Shown: positions 1 through 9,288 of the stretch, one piece after another
How positions within the stretch are numbered: the first letter of the stretch is position 1
Layout of the letters: every line of letters begins with the position of its first letter
From: an uncultured virus (IMG/VR IMGVR_UViG_3300031688_001276)
Lineage: Duplodnaviria > Heunggongvirae > Uroviricota > Caudoviricetes
Strand: one strand, 5' to 3'
Length of the DNA stretch: 20,000 bases
IMG/VR virus record: IMGVR_UViG_3300031688_001276
Made by a program: the position numbers and the translations under genes
Notes under the pieces: generated by a model
What the model was told of the DNA's origin: nothing
The model's input: the letters and a program-made list of their open reading frames with translations, nothing else
Database searches by the model: none

Positions 1-894
1 TCATCCCACCCAGAAGTTTTACAACATCTCAAGCATGCTAACGAACAAGTGGAAAACCCATTAGAAGAAGGCGCACTTAAAGATTACGCCCATGGACATG
101 GTTACTTTGACGACAGCGGTGAAGGAAAAAGAAAACGAGCAGATCCAAACTGGTTGGACAAGCAAGGCGCACACGGCAAAAAAACTTTAGCATATCCTGA
201 GAAGAAAGTAACTAAAAGAGCCGACGGTACAAAGACATTTAAAACAGAATCTAAAATTGCTAAGAAAGACCATGATGGTGACGGCAAAGTAGAAACTAAA
301 AAAGATGAGTACTTTGGTTCTAAAGACAAAGCGATTAAAAAGGCTATGAAAGAAAGCGAAGAAACAGATACAGATACACCTCATCAGAAAGCAGTTAAGA
401 AGGCATTCAATCCTAATCAAGCTATTAGAGATGTTCACGCAACAGTTAGAGACGTATTAAGAGGCGGACATACTGCACAAGTATCAGATGTACCTTTAGT
501 AACAGATCCTTCAATGGAACTGAATCAAGGCACAGGCAATCACTTTGACAACGACGTGCAAGAAGGCGCCAAAGAAGACGCAATGAGAGACATTGCCAAA
601 GATTCACATGGATTGGCACCAACTAAAAAGGACCCACCTAAAGCAGGTAAGTCTAAGCATGATGGTTCAGATAATAAAGGCCCAGACCACATAGTAGCTC
701 AATTAAGAAAAGCTATTAGTCTAGGTGATAAACATGATGGTGTTAAATTCCAAGATGGAAAAACACATAAAGTTAAGGCACATCACGCACATAAATTTTT
801 AAATAAATATATGTCTGGTAAGCCAGTAGACAAAGAGAAAATGCAGTCTCATGGACATGCATCTCACGATAATTTTAAAACACATATAGATTAA
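1..894 (+). CDS. 5'-truncated K/D/H-rich low-complexity protein, likely T4-like head-internal/virion protein
   Basis: Frame is open from base 1 (SSHPEVLQHLKHANEQVENP...), so the true start lies upstream of the window. Motifs DHDGDGKVETKKDEYFGSKDKAIKKAM and HIVAQLRKAIS...VKFQDGK resemble modules I recall from marine T4-like internal proteins; L/M/V-x-E sites present. Confidence 0.6.
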   Translation, partial: SSHPEVLQHLKHANEQVENPLEEGALKDYAHGHGYFDDSGEGKRKRADPNWLDKQGAHGKKTLAYPEKKVTKRADGTKTFKTESKIAKKDHDGDGKVETKKDEYFGSKDKAIKKAMKESEETDTDTPHQKAVKKAFNPNQAIRDVHATVRDVLRGGHTAQVSDVPLVTDPSMELNQGTGNHFDNDVQEGAKEDAMRDIAKDSHGLAPTKKDPPKAGKSKHDGSDNKGPDHIVAQLRKAISLGDKHDGVKFQDGKTHKVKAHHAHKFLNKYMSGKPVDKEKMQSHGHASHDNFKTHID

Positions 895-906
895 TAGGAG
901 AATAAT

Positions 907-1491
907 ATGTCAAATTGGGGAGCAACAGACGCGGACGAAAGTAAGCCTAAGTATCTTACAACCGCTCAGAAAAAAGAAGTATTTGCTACAGCCCGTGGTT
1001 GGGAAGTAGAAGCAGGTTCTAAACAAACAGGTAACGGCAGGGCAACTGCTGATTCTGAGGTTTTAGTAGCTTTGTCTTCACTTGCAACAGCAATAGGTGC
1101 AGCAGATATTACACAAATAGAATGGATTACAACAGCAGCAGATAAGTCAGCAGGCTTTACGCTTTCAGCTAGAGTAAGATTCAATGAAGCAGTAGATGTA
1201 ACAGGAACACCACAAGTATCAGTAGCCAACGGAAACGAAGGTACAGGCACAGGTCGTGGACCACACTTACTCTCATACGCAAGTGGTACAGGTTCAAATG
1301 AATTAGTATTCTCACTTGTAGTAGCAGCAGCAAACGCAGCTACAGCAGCAGACGATGTACTTAGCATCGGAGCTAATGCACTTGGACTAAACTCAGGTAC
1401 AATTAAAGATAAAGGAACTGCAACAGTTTCTACTATCACAAGTGTAGCGGGTATTGGTACAGCAGCTGGCACATTAACAGTAGTAGCTTAA
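907..1491 (+). CDS. Virion structural protein (capsid-decoration-like) with a C-terminal Ig-like beta domain
   Basis: Strong SD (AGGAGA) before ATG 907; N-terminal MSNWG..D..KPKYL..GW motif; C-terminal VRFNEAVDVTGTPQ...YASGTGSNELVFS pattern resembles Ig-like adhesin repeats; Ala/Thr/Gly-rich. Confidence 0.6.
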   Translation: MSNWGATDADESKPKYLTTAQKKEVFATARGWEVEAGSKQTGNGRATADSEVLVALSSLATAIGAADITQIEWITTAADKSAGFTLSARVRFNEAVDVTGTPQVSVANGNEGTGTGRGPHLLSYASGTGSNELVFSLVVAAANAATAADDVLSIGANALGLNSGTIKDKGTATVSTITSVAGIGTAAGTLTVVA

Positions 1492-1501
1492 GGAATAAAT
1501 T

Positions 1502-1948
1502 ATGGCAGACAGTAAAGTATCAGCACTCACAGCAGCTACAGCAGCAGCTGGGGCAGACCAGACATACTTGGTACAGAGTTCAACCTCTAAATCAATTACA
1601 GTAGCCAAATTATTCGGGAATGTAGCAACACCAACTGTCTTTAATGATAAGATCGTCATTGGCGATCACGATACCATTACAGCAGCTGGTGTTCTTTCCA
1701 TAGATACTAATGTAACTTTTATTAATGACCCCTCAGGGGCAGGAGCTTGTTCAATCGGAGCAGGCACAGACGGACAGATAAAGATAGTAATTATGTCTTC
1801 CAATAGTGGTGGCCATGCTATTACAATAGCAGGAAGTAACTTAGCTAATACAATTACGCTAAATGCTTCAGGTAGATCTGCTCAAATGTTATATGATGCA
1901 GGATTAACTAAATGGTACTTTATTGGAGGTTCCGCTACGGTATCATAG
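1502..1948 (+). CDS. Virion structural protein (fibre/decoration-like)
   Basis: SD AAGGA; MADSKVSALTAAT N-terminus typical of phage fibre/structural proteins; beta-rich, ends ...GTDGQIKIVI...KWYFIGG. Confidence 0.55.
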   Translation: MADSKVSALTAATAAAGADQTYLVQSSTSKSITVAKLFGNVATPTVFNDKIVIGDHDTITAAGVLSIDTNVTFINDPSGAGACSIGAGTDGQIKIVIMSSNSGGHAITIAGSNLANTITLNASGRSAQMLYDAGLTKWYFIGGSATVS

Positions 1949-1951
1949 GTT

Positions 1952-1959
1952 TATAAATA
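1952..1959 (+). promoter_or_regulatory. T4-type late promoter TATAAATA
   Basis: Exact TATAAATA in an intergenic gap, 4 nt before ATG 1964. Confidence 0.75.
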
Positions 1960-1963
1960 TAGT

Positions 1964-2353
1964 ATGAAACAATTAAATGATGATAACTTTTTGATTTTTG
2001 CCATTAAACATTACAGGAACTCTTCTTGTACTGGCATGGCGGAATTAGAAGATGATTTGAAAAGGTTTAAATATTTGAAACGCTTGTTTAATCGATACGA
2101 GAAAACAGGAGACCCAAATGATAGACTTATTATAAATCATCTTACCCTATTATATAATGTATTTGGTAATGGAACGACAGAGATGTTGTTTTTTAAATTA
2201 GAAGAAAAGTATTGGGTTAACCTTAAAACTTATCTTGTATTTTTAAATAGATTGCCATTAGAAGAAGTATATAGTAGGACGTTACTACCTAAAAAGATAG
2301 TATCCGAAGTCCCTTTAAATGATGAATTAATAAAAATATTAAGGAATATTTAA
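1964..2353 (+). CDS. Conserved T4-like phage hypothetical protein
   Basis: LNDDNFLIFAIKHY...EDDLKRFKYLKRLF...RLIINHL..LYNVFG pattern recognised from marine T4-like genomes. Confidence 0.7.
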   Translation: MKQLNDDNFLIFAIKHYRNSSCTGMAELEDDLKRFKYLKRLFNRYEKTGDPNDRLIINHLTLLYNVFGNGTTEMLFFKLEEKYWVNLKTYLVFLNRLPLEEVYSRTLLPKKIVSEVPLNDELIKILRNI

Positions 2354-2878
2354 ATGAGTAGAGCATTAGACACAGTAGTAGGCTTTAGGATATTAAAACT
2401 TTTATCCACACCTATAGAAAAATCCAAAGCTTTTAAGCTAGGGATTGTTAACGCCCAGGGTAAGAAACTCCGTAACCCTACAGGTAATGAGAAGAACGAA
2501 TACACCTTCTTAAATAGGTTTGTCTACAAAATACAATTTGCTCTAATGAAATCTTCTGATATGAATGCTAGAAGGCTATTATCCTTTGCAGCAGCTATGG
2601 CTCTGTTAAAAGAGTACAAGGAAGAGGACGATCATGTAGAGATAACATCATTGCTAGAACTGCACATGTTAGACGAAACGGTACAACAGCAGGCTAGACT
2701 TTTAGAAAGAAAGATGTTATCATTTACAAACTACATGAACGAGATGAATGGAGTAGGTGGGGGAGCAGTAGCCGGTATCGGTGTTGGTCCTCAAGGAGAG
2801 CCAGGAAGAGACCCTGTGTTCATGCCAATGAATAGAAGACTAACTGGAAAAAAGAAGAAAAAGAATGCCAACAAGTAA
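2354..2878 (+). CDS. Conserved T4-like phage hypothetical protein with Gly-rich C-terminal tail
   Basis: FRILKLLSTPIEKSKAFKLGIVNAQGK motif; tail GVGGGAVAGIGVGPQGEPG then poly-Lys; abuts upstream stop codon. Confidence 0.7.
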   Translation: MSRALDTVVGFRILKLLSTPIEKSKAFKLGIVNAQGKKLRNPTGNEKNEYTFLNRFVYKIQFALMKSSDMNARRLLSFAAAMALLKEYKEEDDHVEITSLLELHMLDETVQQQARLLERKMLSFTNYMNEMNGVGGGAVAGIGVGPQGEPGRDPVFMPMNRRLTGKKKKKNANK

Positions 2879-3341
2879 ACCATATGATGCCCAAATTGCT
2901 ACAATCAAGGCAGATGTAGCTTCAATGGGTCACCTATTTGCTAAACTTGATGATGCTATTGATAAGATAGGAAATGCAAGCGCTAATATAAGTGCTATTC
3001 TCGCAGTACACGATGAAAGAATAGATAATACAGAACGATTAGTAACCGAACGACGAAAGGAATCTGCAGACGCAATTAAGGAACTTCATAGTCGTATATC
3101 AACCGCATCGAGGGAAAGAATGGACGAACATAGAGATGTCCGATCGGACATGAAAACTTCGGAAGAGAAAATATTAGACGCTATCAACGCACTTAGAAAA
3201 GATGTTAATAGAGAACAATCTCATTTAGAAGACAGAATAGCTAAATTAGAACAATGGCGATGGATTCTCATCGGTGTCCTAATTGCCGTATCAGCTTTAG
3301 CCCCTAATATGGGTAGTATTGCTGAATTCATGCTCAACTAG
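2865..3341 (+). CDS. Coiled-coil protein with a C-terminal membrane anchor
   Basis: Heptad-like charged helix followed by LEQWRW and hydrophobic ILIGVLIAVSALA. Confidence 0.7.
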   Translation: MPTSKPYDAQIATIKADVASMGHLFAKLDDAIDKIGNASANISAILAVHDERIDNTERLVTERRKESADAIKELHSRISTASRERMDEHRDVRSDMKTSEEKILDAINALRKDVNREQSHLEDRIAKLEQWRWILIGVLIAVSALAPNMGSIAEFMLN

Positions 3342-3372
3342 AACTAATCACACCAAAAGGTACACAAACATA

Positions 3373-3401
3373 TTGACATAAGCAGTCATAGGTCGTATAA
3401 T
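3373..3401 (+). promoter_or_regulatory. Sigma70-type early promoter P1
   Basis: TTGACA (3373-3378), 17 bp, TATAAT (3396-3401): perfect consensus, intergenic, ahead of primase. Confidence 0.9.
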
Positions 3402-3408
3402 ACTGGTT

Positions 3409-4431
3409 ATGTTACATATAGATTTGAAGTACATAAACATGATCTCCCATAGATGGGAGAAATTCAAGCGTAAGGATGATTACTTATTCAATTTCCGTTG
3501 CCCGATTTGTGGTGATAGTGATAAGAAGAAGAATAAGGCTAGAGGCTACATATACAAGAAGAAAAATGACATGTTCTTTAAATGTCATAATTGTAATGAA
3601 GGTAAGACTTTCGGTGGCCTATTAAAAATAACAGACCCAAGACTACACAAGGAATATGTTATGGAACGGTATAGTGAAGGGGTGTCAGGCAATCGCGATA
3701 ATAAGACACCAGAGTTTAACTTTACAAAACCTAACTTTGATCATTTACATGATGAGAAGTTAATTGATACTCTTATGGACAGAGTAGATAAACTAGCTGA
3801 GGCATGTGGTGATACACATTCTCACATAGCAGTGGACTATGTAAAGTCTAGGCAAATCCCTGAGGATAAGTGGAAGAGATTATATCATGTAGATGATATT
3901 AGTACAATATCTCAGCTCGCTCCTAAGTACAAAGACAGAATTACAACTAAACAACCTCGCCTAGTTATCCCATTCTTTGATGAGAAAGGTAGACTTACAG
4001 GCCTGACATTACGAGATTATGGCAATTCAACCTTAAGGTACATTATGGTAAAGATAGTTGATGAAGCGCCCACTATTTTTGGCCTAGATGTTATAAGTAA
4101 AGAGAAGCCTGTAAAAATTGTTGAGGGTCCATTAGATAGTTTATTTTTGGATAACAGTATAGCATGTGCGGGTACGTCATTTAATAAAATAGTTCCTGGA
4201 GAAAATGATATCATTATCATAGACAACCAACCTAAAAATAAAGAGGTATGTGATATACTACATACGCATATTACTAAGGGTCACAACGTAGTTATATGGC
4301 CTGATAATATAGAACAAAAAGATATAAATGAAATGGTCTTGGCAGGTCTAGACGTTGAAGGTATTATAAATTATAATACGTTCAGCAATTTACAAGCAGA
4401 ACTAAAATACACTAATTGGAGAAAATGTTAA
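3409..4431 (+). CDS. 61: DNA primase (T4 gp61-like)
   Basis: Zn-ribbon CPICGDS...CHNC; RLVIPF; TOPRIM motifs VEGPLDSLF, DNQP, KDINEM; 340 aa. Confidence 0.95.
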   Translation: MLHIDLKYINMISHRWEKFKRKDDYLFNFRCPICGDSDKKKNKARGYIYKKKNDMFFKCHNCNEGKTFGGLLKITDPRLHKEYVMERYSEGVSGNRDNKTPEFNFTKPNFDHLHDEKLIDTLMDRVDKLAEACGDTHSHIAVDYVKSRQIPEDKWKRLYHVDDISTISQLAPKYKDRITTKQPRLVIPFFDEKGRLTGLTLRDYGNSTLRYIMVKIVDEAPTIFGLDVISKEKPVKIVEGPLDSLFLDNSIACAGTSFNKIVPGENDIIIIDNQPKNKEVCDILHTHITKGHNVVIWPDNIEQKDINEMVLAGLDVEGIINYNTFSNLQAELKYTNWRKC

Positions 4432-5087
4432 TGAAAGTTGAATTAGTAGGTCTTACTAAACCATCAGCTACAACCGGATGTCTTACACCAGGAGAGCTAG
4501 TAGCATGGGCAGCTAGGGTAAGCAACCCAGGGAATCAAAACAACAAGGTAACAGCCCCTAAATTGCTTAAATACTTAATAAAACATGAACATTGGAGCCC
4601 TTTCGAGATGGCTTCTATCACTTTACAGATTACTACTACCCGAGATATATCCCGACAGATTATACGACATCGTAGTTTTAGCTTTCAAGAGTTTAGTCAG
4701 CGATATGCTGAAGCTCCTGATGTTATTTACGACAGGGAATGTAGAATGCAAGATGATGCTAACAGGCAAAACTCTATTGAAGTAGATCCTAAAACTGAAG
4801 TAGCCAAGAATTGGTCAAGGATGCAAGATATATTGGGACACCAAGCTAGAGAGAAGTATGTAGAAGCTATTAATATGGGTATTGCTAAAGAACAAGCAAG
4901 AGCGTTATTGCCTGAGGGGTTAACAGAAACAACTCTTATTATGGCAGGGACGTTAAGATCGTGGATTCACTATTGCGAGTTAAGAACTGGTGAGGAAACA
5001 CAAAAAGAACATAGAGAGGTAGCGCAACGATGTTGGTCTATCATTGGTCAACATTTTCCAGACGTAGAACAAGCGCTGGATATTTAG
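4431..5087 (+). CDS. thyX: Flavin-dependent thymidylate synthase ThyX
   Basis: ARVSNP, HEHWSPFE, RHRSFSFQEFSQRY signature, EQARALLP, TQKEHRE. Start placed at ATG 4431 (TAATG overlap with the primase stop) rather than TTG 4416. Confidence 0.96.
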   Translation: MKVELVGLTKPSATTGCLTPGELVAWAARVSNPGNQNNKVTAPKLLKYLIKHEHWSPFEMASITLQITTTRDISRQIIRHRSFSFQEFSQRYAEAPDVIYDRECRMQDDANRQNSIEVDPKTEVAKNWSRMQDILGHQAREKYVEAINMGIAKEQARALLPEGLTETTLIMAGTLRSWIHYCELRTGEETQKEHREVAQRCWSIIGQHFPDVEQALDI

Positions 5088-5098
5088 GGTAGATAATA

Positions 5099-6895
5099 AT
5101 GGCAAAGGGTCTAATAGACGGAATTACGGTTGATTATGATAGGGATAACTTATTTGACAACCTAGGCATACAAAGATTAAAAGAAAGCTACATGCTGGAG
5201 ACAGAGTCATCTCCACAGGAGAGGTTTGCCTATGTAAGTTCAATATTCGGCTCTAATCCAGAACACTCACAAAGACTATATGATTACTCCAGTAAACATT
5301 GGCTATCGTATAGTACTCCGATACTTTCATACGGAAGGTCCAAACGTGGTATGCCTATATCATGTTTTTTAAATTACATTAACGACACAGCGGAGGGATT
5401 AGTTGAAAATTTATCAGAAACTAGTTGGCTATCTATGCTTGGTGGTGGTGTGGGCATTGGCGTTGGCATTCGATCTAGTGATGATAAATCTACTGGTGTC
5501 ATGCCTCATCTTAAGACTTATGACTCCTCATGTCTGGCGTACCGTCAAGGTCGTACTAGACGTGGCAGTTACGCTACTTACCTTGACATTAGTCATCCAG
5601 ATGTTCTAATGTTCCTTGAGATGAGGAAACCAACAGGCGATCCTAATATGAGATGCCTGAACTTACATCACGGAATAAACATCACAGACAATTTCATGCA
5701 GGTTATAGAACGATGCATGACAGACCCAGATGCAGATGACGGTTGGAACTTAGTTGATCCTAATTCAGGCTTAATAAGAGAAACCGTCTCTGCCAAAGAT
5801 TTATGGCAAAAGATATTAGAGATTAGAATGGAAACTGGAGAGCCATACATTCATTACATCGATACAAGTAATCGTGAGATGAAGGACTTCCAGAAAGAAA
5901 AAGGATTAAAGATCCACCAAAGTAATCTATGCTCTGAAATTATTTTACCTACAAACGAAAAACGAACAGCGGTGTGTTGTCTATCCTCAGTCAATCTAGA
6001 ATACTATGATGCCTGGAGTAGACAGCCACTATTTTTAAAAGACATAGCAGAGATGCTAGACAATGTCTTATCATTCTTTATTAAGAACGCACCTGATCAA
6101 GTATCAAGAGCTAAGTTCTCAGCAGCACAAGAACGGAGTATTGGAGTTGGAGCCCTAGGGTTTCATGCCTATCTTCAGAAAAACTTGATTGCATGGGAAA
6201 GCGCTGGAGCCAAGGGAGCCAACCTTAGAATGTTTAGACACATACGAGGAAAGCTAGATGAAGCAAACATACAACTTGGAACAGAGAGAGGCGAAGCGCC
6301 AGACGCAAAGGGACGAGGCTTACGTTTTAGTCATGTTATGGCTATTGCTCCCAATGCTTCCTCTTCTATTATTATGGGGAACACTAGCCCATCTATTGAG
6401 CCGTGGAGAGCTAATGCTTACAGACAAGACACATTGTCTGGGGCGTATCTCAATAAAAATAAATTCCTGGATAAACTAATTACAGATTATTGTGAGACAC
6501 ACCCTAGGACAAAATATGACGAGGTGTGGTCTAGCATTATTAGTAACGACGGTTCAGTACAGCATATAACACAGCTATCTGATGAACAAAAGTCTGTATT
6601 TAAAACAGCTATGGAAATAGATCAGAGGTGGTTAATAGAACACGCAGCAGATAGACAGATGTTTGTAGACCAAGCACAAAGTTTGAACTTGTTCTTTAGG
6701 CCTGATGTTAACATTGCCTATTTACATGCAGTACATTTCTCAGCCTGGAAGTCGGGTGTTAAAACATTATACTATTGCCGTTCAGAGAAGTTAGGCAAAG
6801 CAGACAAAGTAAGTAGACGTATTGAAAGAGAGATAATACAAGAATTAGATATGTCTGCCATAGCTGATGGCGAATGCCTAGCGTGTGAGGGATAA
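5099..6895 (+). CDS. nrdA: Ribonucleotide reductase class Ia alpha subunit (short form, no apparent ATP cone)
   Basis: PISCF, GGGVG, SNLCSEI catalytic motif, VCCLSSVNL, APNASSS, DQAQSLNLF, KTLYY, C-terminal CLACEG. Confidence 0.97.
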   Translation: MAKGLIDGITVDYDRDNLFDNLGIQRLKESYMLETESSPQERFAYVSSIFGSNPEHSQRLYDYSSKHWLSYSTPILSYGRSKRGMPISCFLNYINDTAEGLVENLSETSWLSMLGGGVGIGVGIRSSDDKSTGVMPHLKTYDSSCLAYRQGRTRRGSYATYLDISHPDVLMFLEMRKPTGDPNMRCLNLHHGINITDNFMQVIERCMTDPDADDGWNLVDPNSGLIRETVSAKDLWQKILEIRMETGEPYIHYIDTSNREMKDFQKEKGLKIHQSNLCSEIILPTNEKRTAVCCLSSVNLEYYDAWSRQPLFLKDIAEMLDNVLSFFIKNAPDQVSRAKFSAAQERSIGVGALGFHAYLQKNLIAWESAGAKGANLRMFRHIRGKLDEANIQLGTERGEAPDAKGRGLRFSHVMAIAPNASSSIIMGNTSPSIEPWRANAYRQDTLSGAYLNKNKFLDKLITDYCETHPRTKYDEVWSSIISNDGSVQHITQLSDEQKSVFKTAMEIDQRWLIEHAADRQMFVDQAQSLNLFFRPDVNIAYLHAVHFSAWKSGVKTLYYCRSEKLGKADKVSRRIEREIIQELDMSAIADGECLACEG

Positions 6896-7614
6896 TGCGG
6901 AATTATGTTGTTAAAGAATATCAACCGCACCCTATAGATTATACACATTGGAGTTCGTCTATAGCTCTATTTGGTTGTTCATGTGTTTATGGACTCCATT
7001 TAGATCCTAAAGATCAGCTACATAATGTTATAGACAATTGGCGTCCTGTTAATAACTTTGCATATCCAGGTGAGTCTAATTGGCATATTTGGATGAAGGT
7101 TATAGATGCTATTAGAACACATGGTATGCCCGAGAGAATATGTATTGGTTGGACCTCGCCTTATAGGATAGCAATGTATAATGAGGGCAGTCCAGCACAA
7201 AGATCGGTACTGCCAATAGGACATTGGACAAAGCCAGATTTTACAACGGCAAAGATAGGTAAGGATTGGGTACTTAATATGAAAATGACACAAGAAGAAT
7301 ATTCTAAGTTAATAGTAGACTCTGTGGAATTAATATGTGGAGACAAACTAACACAATGGACATTATTTCATAACTTGAAAGATGTTAAAGAGGGACCTGG
7401 AAAGAGTGAATGGAACCAGGCAATATTTGATAGGGCTGAACAGCAGTCAGGTATGTTTACAAGTGAGACTATAGACTCTTCTAATCAGAATATTACACCT
7501 ATTGAATTCACAGACAGAGCTAGTGATGGTAATCATCCTGGACCTGAAACAGTAAAACAGATGGCGAAAATGATAGAGAGACACTTTCCGAAAATGGTAG
7601 AGAAGAGACTATAA
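6895..7614 (+). CDS. SGNH/GDSL-like hydrolase or acyltransferase
   Basis: Block I-like ALFGCSCVYG, block II-like NFAYPGESN, block V DGNHPG (DxxH); TAATG-coupled to nrdA. Confidence 0.65.
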   Translation: MRNYVVKEYQPHPIDYTHWSSSIALFGCSCVYGLHLDPKDQLHNVIDNWRPVNNFAYPGESNWHIWMKVIDAIRTHGMPERICIGWTSPYRIAMYNEGSPAQRSVLPIGHWTKPDFTTAKIGKDWVLNMKMTQEEYSKLIVDSVELICGDKLTQWTLFHNLKDVKEGPGKSEWNQAIFDRAEQQSGMFTSETIDSSNQNITPIEFTDRASDGNHPGPETVKQMAKMIERHFPKMVEKRL

Positions 7615-8288
7615 TGCATCACCCTTATTATTACGATATATACATACCAAGAGATCAAGTGATAGGTGTTGTAGTATCAGGTGGACTTGACTCTTCATTA
7701 CTATGGCATATGATATATGGGGTATGTTTAGAGAGGAACCAGAAATGTATTCCTTTTACAGTACCTAAAGTAGATGGCGCTTTAACTTATGCTACAAGAA
7801 TGTTAAGGTGGAGTAGTGAATGGTACGGCACAAAACAGTTGCACCCTTTTGTAATAGATCCAGGCATAGATCAGAATAGAAAAGATCCTTTTATAGGAAC
7901 AGAAGTGGCACAGCAATTACTCGGTAGCATACGAATTATTGTAGACGAAGGATATGCAGACACAGTTTATACAGGTGTCAATGCTTATCCACCAGAGTAT
8001 GAAACATTATGCTCATATCACACACCAGGAGAGAGGAATCTTTCAAGGGATAGTGATGCAGTACACAATGGACAACTTGTAAGAGATCTTATAAGACAAC
8101 CATTTGCAGACATGACAAAGGATGAACTAATAGAGATAGCTCACGAGCAACAAGTATTAGAACCTATATCAGAACTATCACATAGTTGCGTGGAGTTAAT
8201 CCGTGGCAGGTGTGGTGAATGTTTCTGGTGTAAAGAACGAGAATGGGGTTTCACAAATAGTGGCCACATAGATAAAGGCACAAATTAA
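7614..8288 (+). CDS. Divergent QueC-like PP-loop ATP pyrophosphatase with C-terminal Cys4 Zn site
   Basis: VVVSGGLDSS PP-loop; PFADMTKDEL; SHSC-x7-CGECFWCKER as in QueC; canonical YGQ and VPxRN motifs not seen. Confidence 0.75.
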   Translation: MHHPYYYDIYIPRDQVIGVVVSGGLDSSLLWHMIYGVCLERNQKCIPFTVPKVDGALTYATRMLRWSSEWYGTKQLHPFVIDPGIDQNRKDPFIGTEVAQQLLGSIRIIVDEGYADTVYTGVNAYPPEYETLCSYHTPGERNLSRDSDAVHNGQLVRDLIRQPFADMTKDELIEIAHEQQVLEPISELSHSCVELIRGRCGECFWCKEREWGFTNSGHIDKGTN

Positions 8289-8298
8289 GAGGTAAGAT

Positions 8299-9288
8299 AT
8301 GGTGGCTAAATTAAAACTAACAGATGAAAGAGATTATTTTAAACCGTTCAATTATCCATGGGCGTATGACGCGTGGTTAAAACATGAACAATCACATTGG
8401 TTACATACAGAAGTACCAATGGCAGAAGATGTAAAGGACTGGAAGGATAAACTAAACGATCCTGAGAAAGCATTCCTTACGAATATATTTAGATTTTTTG
8501 TACAAGGGGATATTGACGTGGCAGGAGGTTATATCAATAACTATCTACCACACTTCCCACAACCAGAAGTTCGTATGATGTTGTCAGGGTTTGCAGCCAG
8601 AGAGGCTCTCCATGTAGCTGCTTACGCACATTTAATTGAGACATTGGGTATGCCTGATAGTACATACAGCGAGTTTTTAGAGTATCAGACGATGGCAGAT
8701 AAGCATGAATACTTCCTGGAATTGTCAGCAGCTAACGGAACACCAGAGTCTATAGCTACAAACATTGCAGCCTTCTCAGCATTTACAGAAGGAATGCAAC
8801 TGTTCTCATCTTTTATTATGTTGTTAAACTTCCCACGTCACGGTAAGATGAAAGGTATGGGACAGATAATAACGTGGAGTATTGTAGATGAGACAATGCA
8901 CTCAGAGTCTATGATTAAACTATTTAAGACTTATGTGAACGAGAACCCAGAGCTTTGGAATGATAAACTTAAGAAAGAGATATACGACATCGCAGAGAAG
9001 ATGGTAGAACTAGAAGAGAAGTTTATCGACTTAGCGTTCTCAATGGGAGACATGGAGAACTTGACACCCGCAGATGTTAAAACATACATTAGATATATTG
9101 CTGATAGAAGGCTTATAAGTATGGGAATGAAAGGAATATTTAAAGTGAAAAGAAATCCATTACTATGGGTAGAGGAGATGATTAACGCTCCTACCCATAC
9201 AAACTTTTTTGAAAATAGATCAACAGATTATGCACGTGGCGCCCTGAAAGGAAACTGGGGTGATGTGTGGGGAGCAGTCCGTGGTTAA
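8299..9288 (+). CDS. nrdB: Ribonucleotide reductase class Ia beta subunit
   Basis: FKPFNYPWA, FFVQGDIDV, REALHVAAY (radical Tyr), FTEGMQLFSSF, DETMH, TNFFENRSTDY. Confidence 0.97.
   Translation: MVAKLKLTDERDYFKPFNYPWAYDAWLKHEQSHWLHTEVPMAEDVKDWKDKLNDPEKAFLTNIFRFFVQGDIDVAGGYINNYLPHFPQPEVRMMLSGFAAREALHVAAYAHLIETLGMPDSTYSEFLEYQTMADKHEYFLELSAANGTPESIATNIAAFSAFTEGMQLFSSFIMLLNFPRHGKMKGMGQIITWSIVDETMHSESMIKLFKTYVNENPELWNDKLKKEIYDIAEKMVELEEKFIDLAFSMGDMENLTPADVKTYIRYIADRRLISMGMKGIFKVKRNPLLWVEEMINAPTHTNFFENRSTDYARGALKGNWGDVWGAVRG

Noticed and set aside
966..1472. 168-aa minus-strand ORF
   Set aside because: Antisense shadow of the GCA/ACA-rich structural gene; no SD or motif.
1321..1560. Recurring GCAGCA/GCAGCTACAGCAGCAG tracts
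   Set aside because: Explained by poly-Ala/Thr codon bias; no regular spacer structure, so not a CRISPR or tandem array.
7614..8288. Calling this gene queC and asserting 7-deazaguanine-modified DNA
   Set aside because: Substrate motifs diverge and no other pathway genes are present in the window; kept only as a hypothesis.
5099..9288. Introns or inteins in nrdA/nrdB
   Set aside because: Both ORFs are continuous and of compact length with no splice motifs.
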